From: an uncultured bacterium
Lineage (GTDB): Bacteria > Patescibacteriota > Minisyncoccia > UBA6257 > 2-01-FULL-56-20
Assembly (NCBI GenBank): GCA_963718515.1
Contig: OY970354.1
Location: forward strand, 238,363 to 302,362
Reading direction: 5' to 3'
Length of the DNA stretch: 64,000 nt
Every line of letters begins with the position of its first letter. Positions within the stretch are counted from its first letter, which is position 1. This document shows positions 10,229 to 20,619 of the stretch, in pieces. The translations under genes were made by a program, and so were the position numbers. The notes beneath the pieces were generated by a model that did no database searches, was not told the origin of the DNA, and was given only the letters and a program-made list of their open reading frames with translations.

Positions 10229-10765
10229 TCAGGTCGGACCGATAGTATCTTGATAGAGCGGATTGATGAGAATGACATAGATGCTTGCTCCCGCAAAGAT
10301 GATGGTCCATATGATGACCGCCCGCCATGGGTAGCCCAACGTTATGCCCGCGAGCGCGCCGGCGCTCACGAACGCGCCGAGTGAATCGATCTTTATCTTA
10401 CGATGGAGCGGTCGAGAGTCGCTCACATTGGGGAGCTCCCATGAATATTTAAGGACCGCGACGATGAAGAGGATCGTCATGATAAGCGCAAAATCCCAGG
10501 GGCTGCCGAAGAACAGTACCGATGCGAAATGCAGGAGGACGAGAATGGTGTCGATGATGACCTGCGAGGCTTTGCTCGCCGATATTATTTTCCCGAAATG
10601 TTTTATAGAAAAATAATCATTCCAAAGAAGAAGTGCGTAGAAAAGAATGTATGGCCACGCGAGGGCGAGATCGTTAATGGAGAGAAGAGCACCAAAAACG
10701 CCGAACAGCGCGAACATGAGTATCGATATCGTCGCTCTTTTTTTTGATGACATGGGTGGGATCAT
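10229..10765 (-). CDS. hypothetical integral membrane protein
   Basis: 178-aa ORF with about 5 hydrophobic helices, translationally coupled between two GT2 genes. Confidence 0.5.
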   Translation of the reverse strand: MIPPMSSKKRATISILMFALFGVFGALLSINDLALAWPYILFYALLLWNDYFSIKHFGKIISASKASQVIIDTILVLLHFASVLFFGSPWDFALIMTILFIVAVLKYSWELPNVSDSRPLHRKIKIDSLGAFVSAGALAGITLGYPWRAVIIWTIIFAGASIYVILINPLYQDTIGPT

Positions 10766-11478
10766 TATCGGATGTCTTTGTAGCCGCGCGCAGGGGGCTT
10801 ATGGAAGAATGCCATCCTGAGGTAGCTCATGCCATAGAGATAAAAGGTTTTTATGAGCCCTTCCTGCGCGAGCCGCCGGCCGGAACCGAGGATATAAAAG
10901 CTCATCATGAATTTTACCTTTCCTACTTTGCTCAGGCGCCACGCAAGATTGGTGTCATCGCCGTAGAACGCGATCGTGGTGTCGAGGCCGCCGATCTTTA
11001 GGAGCGCTTCGCTCCGTATGACGCAATTTGCGAAGAGCGCCATGAAACCGGTCAGCCAATACGTGGGCGCCGCGGTGATATCCCATAATAATTCCGCAAA
11101 GAATTTTTGGAAAGGAGGGAGGTCGTAATAGTGGAATGGCCCCGAGAGGCAGACGAGTGCGGGATCTTTGCCAAATTCTTTCTTTACGGTATCGATCCAC
11201 CCCGCCGGCAGTCGTGTGTCGGCATCGATAAAAGCGACATAATCACCCTTGGCCTGTGTGAAACCTAACTCACGTGCGTGCGTGGGCCCCTTTTGTGCTT
11301 CGCGGAGCACCGTCACCCCCCGGAATTTCTTTGCGATGGCAAGCGTCTTATCGCTCGAGCCGTTGTCGACGACGATGATCTCTATAATATCCTTGCTGTG
11401 TTGCTCCTGCACGCTTTGGATACAGGGCCCGATATAATGTTCTTCGTTATATGCCGGTATGACAATGCTGATTTTCAT
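10765..11478 (-). CDS. glycosyltransferase family 2
   Basis: MKISIVIPAYNEEHYI, VVDNGSSDKT and FIDADTRL motifs. It is a paralog of 9358..10227. Confidence 0.8.
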   Translation of the reverse strand: MKISIVIPAYNEEHYIGPCIQSVQEQHSKDIIEIIVVDNGSSDKTLAIAKKFRGVTVLREAQKGPTHARELGFTQAKGDYVAFIDADTRLPAGWIDTVKKEFGKDPALVCLSGPFHYYDLPPFQKFFAELLWDITAAPTYWLTGFMALFANCVIRSEALLKIGGLDTTIAFYGDDTNLAWRLSKVGKVKFMMSFYILGSGRRLAQEGLIKTFYLYGMSYLRMAFFHKPPARGYKDIR

Positions 11479-12689
11479 TGGAGGGGCTTCCCTCCATTAT
11501 AGTCTTTAATCACCTTTTCATATATCGCCTCCCATTTCTCCGCGATGGCGGCATCGGAGAATTGCTCGGCGTATGTGCGAGCGCCCGCGCCCAGCTTTTC
11601 CGCAACGTCGGGATTTTGGAAGAGATAGATCGCTTTTTCCGCGACCGCCGCCTCGTTGTTCGGTTCTACGATATAGCCGTTGCGCGCGTTCACGTATTCC
11701 GGAAGCCCGCGCGCGTTCACGCCGATTACGGGGAGCCCGGCGGCCATCGCTTGCATCATCACAAGGCTTTGCGTGTCGTCGGTGCTCGTGATGCCGAATA
11801 TCTCGGCGGCGTTGTACGCCTCGTTCAGTGTCGCGTGATCCACGAAGCCCAGGAATTTGACCGAATTCTCCACGCCGAGTGTTCGCGCGACCGTGCGTAA
11901 TTCTTTTTCCATCGTGCCGATTCCCGCAAAGGCGAGGATCGCGTCGGGAGCGGATTTTTTTATGATAGGTAAGGCTTGTATGAGCACCTCCGGATGCCGC
12001 TCTGCAGAAAGCCGTCCCGCGTGGATGATTGTGGTGTCACTGAAGCCAAATTTTTTCTTGAGCGCGGCTTTGGTCGCCGCCAGCACACGGAAGGTTTTTA
12101 TATCAACGGGATTCGACATCACCCGCTCGTGTTCTTGTTTGAATCCTAGCGTCTTCAGTTCATCAAAAACGGATTGTGACGGAGCGCTTACGAGGTCGCA
12201 ATGTTCGTAGTACCAGTTGACGTAATCGAGGACGAGTTTGTCCGCCCATGCCGTTTTGATCGGACTATATTTGAGGAATTCTTTTACTGCGGTGTGCTGG
12301 GTGCCGACGAGCGGTTTTTTAAGAAGCCATGATGCGAATGTCGCTTCAAGCCCGACGCCAAAGAAAAATTGCGTATGCATGATGTCCGGATCGAATGTGG
12401 CGATCTCGTGCGCGTGGATGCCGAGTGGGCCAAAGGGGACGACCGCCCTGCCCTGCGGTGTTCCCATGGCAAAAGGAAAAGAAAAAAATCGGTGGATCTG
12501 TATGTTTGGGCCAAGGTCGAGCTCACGATAGGGAACGCCCAGCGCTGCATAGTTTTTGGGAGCGTAGTACGGCGCGTAAAAATTAACGAGATGCCCACGT
12601 GCGACGAGCTGCTTTCCGAGGCTCAGTGCCGAATCGGAAACCCCGGAAAGCTCGGGATAAAAATTATCTGAAAATATCGCGATGCGCAT
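11475..12689 (-). CDS. glycosyltransferase family 4
   Basis: ATG at 12689 gives MRIAIFSDNFYPELSGV. The C-terminal region has SLVMMQAMAAGLPVIGVNARGLPEYV. Confidence 0.8.
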   Translation of the reverse strand: MRIAIFSDNFYPELSGVSDSALSLGKQLVARGHLVNFYAPYYAPKNYAALGVPYRELDLGPNIQIHRFFSFPFAMGTPQGRAVVPFGPLGIHAHEIATFDPDIMHTQFFFGVGLEATFASWLLKKPLVGTQHTAVKEFLKYSPIKTAWADKLVLDYVNWYYEHCDLVSAPSQSVFDELKTLGFKQEHERVMSNPVDIKTFRVLAATKAALKKKFGFSDTTIIHAGRLSAERHPEVLIQALPIIKKSAPDAILAFAGIGTMEKELRTVARTLGVENSVKFLGFVDHATLNEAYNAAEIFGITSTDDTQSLVMMQAMAAGLPVIGVNARGLPEYVNARNGYIVEPNNEAAVAEKAIYLFQNPDVAEKLGAGARTYAEQFSDAAIAEKWEAIYEKVIKDYNGGKPLQ

Positions 12690-12690
12690 A

Positions 12691-13302
12691 TTATTCCTTT
12701 TCAAGCTTTCTTGCGTAACGGGCGACGTACTTTCTTTGGACGTACGCGACGATGAGGATCACGACAACCGCGCCCGCGATCACATAACCGCCGATGTGGA
12801 GGTAGTGGTCGATCGTGTCATACGCGGTGCCAAAGTAATAGCCGAGGATGAGATAGATGAGCGACGTGGGGATCGTGATAGCGGCGGACCAGAAGGCGTA
12901 TTTTTTGATGTCCATCTTGGTGGCACCCACGATGATGAGCCCCGGCGTGGCGAGGAGCGGGATCATCTTGATGGCGAACAAAGATTTTCCGGAATGCCTC
13001 TTGGCCAATTTTTCCACGGTCGCGATCCGCCCTTTCGTTATCCCGACATAATGGCCATATTTATTAAGGAAGTTTTCTCTGCCCCAGTAACCGATGGCGT
13101 AATAGACGAGATCCGGGATCAGGTTTGCAAGAATGGAGAGCAAGAGCACGATCCACACGTTGAAATAATGGAGCGCGGCCACGAATGCGCCGGCCGCGGT
13201 GACGACCGGGCCTTCAATAAGCATGACGATAAAGAGCAGCGGGTAGCCGTGGTGGAGTATCCACTGGACGGTTCCCTGGAATCCAACCGCGATCAATGCC
13301 AT
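12691..13302 (-). CDS. DedA/SNARE-associated family membrane protein
   Basis: Only the distal 203 aa of the 334-aa ORF look real, starting at MALIAVGF (ATG 13302). HHGYPLLFIVMLIEGPVVTAAGAF is the DedA signature. Confidence 0.75.
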   Translation of the reverse strand: MALIAVGFQGTVQWILHHGYPLLFIVMLIEGPVVTAAGAFVAALHYFNVWIVLLLSILANLIPDLVYYAIGYWGRENFLNKYGHYVGITKGRIATVEKLAKRHSGKSLFAIKMIPLLATPGLIIVGATKMDIKKYAFWSAAITIPTSLIYLILGYYFGTAYDTIDHYLHIGGYVIAGAVVVILIVAYVQRKYVARYARKLEKE

Positions 13303-13320
13303 ACCTGTTATACTATACGA

Positions 13321-13971
13321 ATGCTTACGGTATTCAAAGAGCACAAAGGATTCTGGACGCCTGCGCGGAAGCGTTCGATGTGGCTCGGCGTCTTTTTGCT
13401 CGCGATCAGCATCGTTATCCAGATAACGCTTGGTGAGTATTCTTCGCGTGCGGCGGTCGGTGCGCCGTGGGTGAGTGATCTTTTTTTGAGCTTTTTGCCC
13501 GTCGTGAACCTGGGATTCGTCATCGTGGGATGCGAGATCGTCCTGTGGGTCTTTGCGTGGGTGCTTTTGATCGTCCGTCCCCGCTATCTTATCTTTGGGA
13601 CGAAGGCGATCGCACTTTTCATTATTTCTCGGGCGTTTTTCTTTAGCCTTACGCACATCGGTCCTTATCCCACGAATATTTCTCCTGGGCCGCACAACGA
13701 CGGATATGGCTTATATCATCTCGTCACGTTTTCGGGCAATTTCTTTTATTCCGGGCACACGGGATTTCCGGTCATGCTTGCGCTGATCTTTTGGGACAAC
13801 AAATTTTTGCGCTATGCCTTTATCGCCCTCAGCTTTTTGTTCGGTGCCGCCGTGCTTTTGGCGCATGTCCACTACTCCATCGATGTCTTTGCGGCACCGT
13901 TCATCGTGTACGGCGTGTTCGTTATCACGAAGAAGTTCTTCCCGCACGATTATGCCTTGATAGAACCATAG
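13321..13971 (+). CDS. PAP2_C-like membrane phosphatase/transferase (sphingomyelin-synthase-like fold)
   Basis: Only the distal 216 aa of the 429-aa ORF look real, from the ATG at 13321. The protein is polytopic, with SGHTGFP ... LLAHVHYSIDVFAAP (SGH / H-Y-x-x-D motifs). Confidence 0.55.
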   Translation: MLTVFKEHKGFWTPARKRSMWLGVFLLAISIVIQITLGEYSSRAAVGAPWVSDLFLSFLPVVNLGFVIVGCEIVLWVFAWVLLIVRPRYLIFGTKAIALFIISRAFFFSLTHIGPYPTNISPGPHNDGYGLYHLVTFSGNFFYSGHTGFPVMLALIFWDNKFLRYAFIALSFLFGAAVLLAHVHYSIDVFAAPFIVYGVFVITKKFFPHDYALIEP

Positions 13972-13994
13972 GCATACGATATCATTAATATATT

Positions 13995-14801
13995 ATGAAA
14001 AAAGATTTGCCCCCATCAGAATCGGAGCCGGTGCTCGCAGAACAAACCGTAATCGTTAGCGAGGGCTCCTCTCGTAAGCGCGATCTCTTTTTGCCGATCA
14101 GCATCCTTGCGGCGGCCATCATGGTGGGCGGGGCGATCGTATTCGCGACGTTGTATCGGGGTGGAGCAACACCCGGAACGGGAACGACGCCGGGCGTCGG
14201 TACGACAGGCAATCCTAGCGCCGCTTCCACGACGGCAAATGGTTCCGTGATGACGCTCGGCCCGCGCGATGCGATCCTCGGCAATGCCAACGCTCCCGTG
14301 ACGCTCATCGAGTATGGCGACTATCAGTGTCCGTTCTGTGGCGAGTTCTTTAGCCAGACCGAGCCATCGATCATCCAAAATTATGTGAACGCGGGCAAGG
14401 TCCGGTTCGTCTTCAGGAACTTCGCATTCCTTGGGCCCGAATCGACCGCCGCCGCGGAAGCCGCCGATTGCGCGGAGGATCAGAACAGGTTGTGGGCGTA
14501 TCACGACGCGCTCTATAGCGCTAAGGTCGCCGATGATGCCGGTGGCGGCCAGGAAGACGACGGATTCTTCAGTGCCGCAGAAGTTTTAAAGCTTGGCCAG
14601 CAAGTGGGACTCAATATGACGACCTTCACGAGTTGTGTTCAAAATAACACCGATGCCAACCTCGTTGCCCAAGAAAAAGGTGATGCGGCGAACTTTGGCG
14701 TTAATTCCACGCCCACGTTCTTTATAAACGGCGCCATGATCACCGGTGCCCAGCCGTATTCTGTCTTCCAGCAGGCCTTGGATAGCGCGTTGCAGGGATA
14801 G
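13995..14801 (+). CDS. DsbA-family thiol:disulfide oxidoreductase, membrane anchored
   Basis: N-terminal TM segment and a YGDYQCPFCGEFF CxxC thioredoxin-fold motif. Confidence 0.8.
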   Translation: MKKDLPPSESEPVLAEQTVIVSEGSSRKRDLFLPISILAAAIMVGGAIVFATLYRGGATPGTGTTPGVGTTGNPSAASTTANGSVMTLGPRDAILGNANAPVTLIEYGDYQCPFCGEFFSQTEPSIIQNYVNAGKVRFVFRNFAFLGPESTAAAEAADCAEDQNRLWAYHDALYSAKVADDAGGGQEDDGFFSAAEVLKLGQQVGLNMTTFTSCVQNNTDANLVAQEKGDAANFGVNSTPTFFINGAMITGAQPYSVFQQALDSALQG

Positions 14802-14850
14802 GACGGCGTGCCGTTTTGACTTTCGCCTCCCTCGCTCATAAAATAGAGCT

Positions 14851-15075
14851 ATGGTTCGCAAGTGGACGGAATTAATTGTTGGAATTATACTTATCATCTC
14901 GCCGTGGATGTTCGGCTTTTCTGACATCTCGGTGGCGCGGTGGTGTAATGTGTTTGCAGGATTGATATTGGTCCTCGTGAGCGCATCGGAAGTGTTTGGG
15001 ATGAAGCTCCCGCCCGCAGCGCCTGCAGAATCGGAACCGAAAAAGAAAAAACAAAATAACAACGTCGAAAAATAA
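14851..15075 (+). CDS. SPW-repeat small membrane protein
   Basis: 74 aa. IVGIILIISPWMFGF contains the SPW motif, and there are two hydrophobic helices. Confidence 0.55.
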   Translation: MVRKWTELIVGIILIISPWMFGFSDISVARWCNVFAGLILVLVSASEVFGMKLPPAAPAESEPKKKKQNNNVEK

Positions 15076-15104
15076 ATTTTTAATAATTATTTACCACTAT
15101 CATC

Positions 15105-15347
15105 ATGGCAAAAGTCATTATCTACAGCACCCCGACCTGCGTTTACTGCAAGATGGCAAAGGAATTTTTTGCCAAGAACAATGTTGCGTACGAAGAGCAT
15201 GATGTCGCGTCCGACATGAAGGCGCGCGAGGACATGATGGCGAAATCCCACCAGCTTGGCGTTCCTGTCATCGACATCGACAACAACATTGTCATCGGGT
15301 TCGATCAGAAGACGATAGAGGGATTGCTAGGATTGAAGAAGGCGTAG
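15105..15347 (+). CDS. glutaredoxin-like protein (YruB/NrdH-like)
   Basis: 80 aa. VIIYSTPTCVYCKMAKEFF carries the CxxC motif, and GVPVI is present. Confidence 0.8.
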   Translation: MAKVIIYSTPTCVYCKMAKEFFAKNNVAYEEHDVASDMKAREDMMAKSHQLGVPVIDIDNNIVIGFDQKTIEGLLGLKKA

Positions 15348-15374
15348 CAATAGTAAAATTTTAATCGAAATGTA

Positions 15375-16304
15375 ATGTACGATCTCATTATCATCGGCGG
15401 TGGGCCGGGCGGCGTTGCCGCCGGCATTTATGCCGCTCGCAAAAAAATGAAGACAGCGTTGATCACCGACACGTTCGGTGGGCAGTCTTTGGTTTCCGCC
15501 GGGATCGAGAACTGGATCGGTACGAAGTCCATCTCCGGTTTTGATCTTGCGAAGGCGCTCGAAGAACATCTTCGCGCACAGCAGGGGATCGATATTATGG
15601 ACGGCGATCTCGTGACGGCCATTGCCAAGCGTGATGACGGCACGTTTTCCATTTCCACAAAGAATGGCAAAACGCTCGACGCAAAATATATCCTGCTCGC
15701 GTCCGGTAGCCGCCGCAAACGGCTCGGCGTTCCGGGCGAGGACCAGTTCGACGGCAAAGGCGTCGTGTTTTGCACCACCTGCGACGCGCCGCTCTTTGGC
15801 GGCAAGGTCACCGCGGTCGTGGGCGGTGGTAATTCCGCGCTCGAAGGCGTGATGGATCTTTTACAGTATGCTTCAAAGATCTATTTGATCGTGCGTTCCG
15901 AAGTCTTGCGCGGCGACCCGGTCACCCAGGAAAAGATCAAGAGCCATCCGAACGTGGAGATACTTTGGAACACGGTCATTGAGGAGATCCACGGCTCTCC
16001 CGAGACCCATTTTGTGAACGGCATCAAATATAAGGATGTCAAAACGAACGAGCCAAAAGAGCTTCCTCTCGACGGCGTTTTTGTGGAGATCGGCCTTGTG
16101 CCCAACTCCGATTTCGTGAAGGACTTGGTCACGCTCGATCCGTTCGGCCACGTGGTTGTGGACCATAAGACCCAGGAGACATCGTGCCCCGGCATCTGGG
16201 CCGCTGGCGACGTGAGCGATGTTTTGTACGACCAGAACAACATCTCGGTAGGCGACTCCATCAAGGCGGTGCTGAACGTCTATGACAAGATTAAAAAAAG
16301 TTAA
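15375..16304 (+). CDS. trxB: thioredoxin-disulfide reductase
   Basis: YDLIIIGGGPGGVAAGIYAAR (FAD site), CTTCDAPLF redox-active CxxC, VVGGGNSALE (NADPH site) and GIWAAGDV. Confidence 0.8.
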   Translation: MYDLIIIGGGPGGVAAGIYAARKKMKTALITDTFGGQSLVSAGIENWIGTKSISGFDLAKALEEHLRAQQGIDIMDGDLVTAIAKRDDGTFSISTKNGKTLDAKYILLASGSRRKRLGVPGEDQFDGKGVVFCTTCDAPLFGGKVTAVVGGGNSALEGVMDLLQYASKIYLIVRSEVLRGDPVTQEKIKSHPNVEILWNTVIEEIHGSPETHFVNGIKYKDVKTNEPKELPLDGVFVEIGLVPNSDFVKDLVTLDPFGHVVVDHKTQETSCPGIWAAGDVSDVLYDQNNISVGDSIKAVLNVYDKIKKS

Positions 16305-16393
16305 AAAGATTTTTGACTTTGTTGGTACGAAGAGTAGTATTTTCGTGAGGGTGCTACCCGCATAAGTTGCGGCTGGGATCTGTACTTGTCGTG

Positions 16394-16423
16394 AAAACAG
16401 CCACTATGCGTGGCTGTTTTTAT
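16394..16423 (+). terminator. intrinsic terminator downstream of trxB
   Basis: ACAGCCAC-tatgc-GTGGCTGT followed by TTTTTATTT. Confidence 0.7.
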
Positions 16424-16573
16424 TTAACGGAGATTTAACGAACAAACAGTTATATTTTTTAGGCCTGCGTATTTGGGCCTGTAGTTTATGTGGTAAAACA
16501 GTACCCTCGACAAGTACAGGAGCGGGTTCGGACACCGCCAGGTCCGCAGGCACCGCGGTAGATCGAGCACTTC

Positions 16574-16601
16574 TTGACTCCCGCCTTTTTTCGCCTATAA
16601 T
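16574..16601 (+). promoter_or_regulatory. sigma70-type promoter of groES-groEL
   Basis: TTGACT (16574-16579), a 16-nt spacer, then TATAAT (16596-16601). Confidence 0.65.
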
Positions 16602-16606
16602 TCCTA

Positions 16607-16633
16607 TTGGCACTCACTAGTCACGAGTGCTAA
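16607..16633 (+). promoter_or_regulatory. CIRCE operator (HrcA binding site)
   Basis: TTGGCACTC-N9-GAGTGCTAA compared with the consensus TTAGCACTC-N9-GAGTGCTAA. It lies between the promoter and groES. Confidence 0.85.
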
Positions 16634-16658
16634 ATTATTCATAAATCATAAAAAACTG

Positions 16659-18635
<1,977 letters not shown>

Positions 18636-18640
18636 GTCTC

Positions 18641-18676
18641 AGCCCCTTCGCTAAAACGAAGGGGCTTACTTTTTTA
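18641..18676 (+). terminator. intrinsic terminator after groEL
   Basis: AGCCCCTTCG-ctaaaa-CGAAGGGGCT followed by a T run. Confidence 0.8.
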
Positions 18677-18906
18677 TCGGGGGCTCGTATTGCCGGATAT
18701 GCTACCGGGAATGCCATTTCTCGATGACAATCATCGTGTTGCGGCGGTGCTGGTAGTAAATGATGGAGCCCAGTCAGGTTTTGTGAGGATGATAGATCTT
18801 CGGCGTTTTATCTCCCTGGCAAAGAAAGTTTCCGTCCCTGCGTGGCCTCAGCTTATTGAGCGACCCACAATTTCGGGCCTTTCCCACCCCTGACCCCTCT
18901 CGGTTC

Positions 18907-18947
18907 CCGTCCCAATAGCGCATGCGCTTGCGGGACGGTTTTTTTAT
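18907..18947 (+). terminator. intrinsic terminator with no clear upstream gene
   Basis: CCGTCCC ... GGGACGG stem with an 18-nt loop containing the GCGCATGCGC palindrome, followed by T7. Confidence 0.55.
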
Positions 18948-18970
18948 GAATATACTGTTGCTAATAAAAT

Positions 18971-20584
18971 ATGGAAAATCCCTACGTAAAAAAGACCGAT
19001 AACGGCATTGTAATTACCCCGGAAGGCGAGGTACTTTTGCAAAAAGTGGTGACCGATTCAAAAGGCCCGGTGTACGCGTTTACGGGCGAGGCGTCGCCGC
19101 TTTTGGCCGCCGCGGCGATGGCGCGGCTTTCGCGCCGCGGGAGCGACCTGCGCGAAATATATCTCGACGAGTTCGCCGCAGTGGGCGAAGATGGCGCCGC
19201 GGCGCTCATAGATCGCGTGGTCACGGGCTACGGTGACGACTCCGTCCAACAGCTCATCACTGTGCTCACGGTGGTGGAGAGCGCATCGAACTTGCTCACG
19301 AAAAAGATCGAGTGGAGCCGGCTCGCCTCGTACCTTGAGCAATCGACGCGATATATTTTTTATGATACAAAAGACGCGGCAGGCAACTATAAATATTTTA
19401 CGCCGCGCAATCTGACGCCCACGCTCAGTGCCTCATATAAGGCATCGCTGGATCACGTCTTCGATCTTTACTCCGAGATCGCGCGCGGACTCACGGAATA
19501 TGTGCGCAAACAAAATCCGGAACCGGCGGACAAGGCCGAACGTGTAGCATGGCTTGGCGCGACGCGCGCGCAGGCGTGCGATGCCGCCCGGCCCGTGCTC
19601 CCCGTCGCCACAAAGTCCACCGTCGGCATCGTGTGCTCATCGCAGGCAATGGAATCCATGGTGCGCCGCCTGCTTGCCGATCCTTTGCAAGAATCGAACG
19701 ACACGGGCAAAAGCTTACTCGCCGAATCGCGCAAAGTGATCGGGGCATTTTTGAAGCGTGCGGATCTGCCGGAGCGCGGCCTCGCGTGGGTGGTTTATCT
19801 CCAGGAGACGAAAAAGAAGATGAAAGAGCTCGTGGCGAAATATATCCCCGGCGAGAGCAGGGATTTCGGCAGGGAAGTGACCCTGCAGTGGGCGTTTCCG
19901 GGAGATGAATTGGATCTCGTACCCGGAATGCTTTTTGAGAATAGTGAACTTTCCGAGGCGGAAATAAAGGCGGCGGTCGCAAAGATGTCGACGGCACAAA
20001 AGGAGGAAGTGTTCATGGGATACATGGGCGATCGGAAGAACCGTCGCCACAAGCCGGGTCGTGCGCTTGAGGAAGCTCACTATAAATGGGAACTCGTCGC
20101 CGATTACGGCACGTTCCGCGATTTGCAAAGACACCGCATGGTGGACGATTGGGAGTGGCAAAACCTGACGACCAAATATGGCTACGACGTGCCGGCGCTT
20201 GTCGCGGAAGCGGGATTTGAAAAACAGTTCCGTGAATGCTTTGCGGTTGCGGAGGAGCTTTTCGCACAAATGCACGCCGCCGGTTTTGCGGAAGAGGCGC
20301 AGTACGCGACACTCCTCGGCCACAAGTTGCGCTATCACTTTATGATCAACGCGCGGCAGGCGTTCCATTTACTTGAGCTTCGGACATCGCCGCAGGGGCA
20401 CCCGGGCTATCGCAAGATCTGCCAGGAGATGCACCGCCAGCTTTCGAGTGTGCACCCGCGCCTGGGGAAGGCGATGCAGTATCTTAATGTCAACGGTGAT
20501 CCCGCGCTCACGCGCATGGAGGCTGAGCGCGCGACGCAGTTGAAACTCAAGCTATTGGGCGCGGAGGAAGATGGCACCCAATAG
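18971..20584 (+). CDS. long ThyX-like protein (FAD-dependent thymidylate synthase family, about 540-aa form)
   Basis: FRDLQRHRM (ThyX RHR motif) and INARQAFHLLELRTSPQGHPGYRKICQEM (ThyX NxR...LR...Q/H..R helix). It is about twice the canonical ThyX length. Confidence 0.55.
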   Translation: MENPYVKKTDNGIVITPEGEVLLQKVVTDSKGPVYAFTGEASPLLAAAAMARLSRRGSDLREIYLDEFAAVGEDGAAALIDRVVTGYGDDSVQQLITVLTVVESASNLLTKKIEWSRLASYLEQSTRYIFYDTKDAAGNYKYFTPRNLTPTLSASYKASLDHVFDLYSEIARGLTEYVRKQNPEPADKAERVAWLGATRAQACDAARPVLPVATKSTVGIVCSSQAMESMVRRLLADPLQESNDTGKSLLAESRKVIGAFLKRADLPERGLAWVVYLQETKKKMKELVAKYIPGESRDFGREVTLQWAFPGDELDLVPGMLFENSELSEAEIKAAVAKMSTAQKEEVFMGYMGDRKNRRHKPGRALEEAHYKWELVADYGTFRDLQRHRMVDDWEWQNLTTKYGYDVPALVAEAGFEKQFRECFAVAEELFAQMHAAGFAEEAQYATLLGHKLRYHFMINARQAFHLLELRTSPQGHPGYRKICQEMHRQLSSVHPRLGKAMQYLNVNGDPALTRMEAERATQLKLKLLGAEEDGTQ

Positions 20585-20619
20585 TTGCCCCGGCTCGTAT
20601 AGCTTGGTATCATACAGAC

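Noticed and set aside
12682-13971. The 429-aa (+) and 334-aa (-) ORFs overlapping each other at 12.7-13.7 kb, taken as full-length genes.
   Set aside because: Only the distal parts are hydrophobic and motif-bearing: PAP2_C-like from 13321, and DedA up to 13302. The remaining parts are charged low-complexity antisense read-through of the other gene. Both calls were trimmed to internal ATGs.
16530-16570. SRP (4.5S) RNA-like string CCAGGTCCGCAGGCACCGCGG.
   Set aside because: It resembles only the first ~10 nt of the conserved helix-8 motif (GUCAGGUCCGGAAGGAAGCAGC). The GNRA tetraloop and the AGCA symmetric-loop bases are missing.
18830-18870. RNase P RNA-like GAAAGUUUCCGUCC.
   Set aside because: It is only a loose match to the CR-I element GAGGAAAGUCCGGGC. 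The available interval (~230 nt) is too short, and the other conserved regions are absent.
18690-18893. 67-aa ORF with a TTG start after groEL.
   Set aside because: It has no RBS, motif or hydrophobicity pattern. It is kept only as part of the possible-ncRNA finding.
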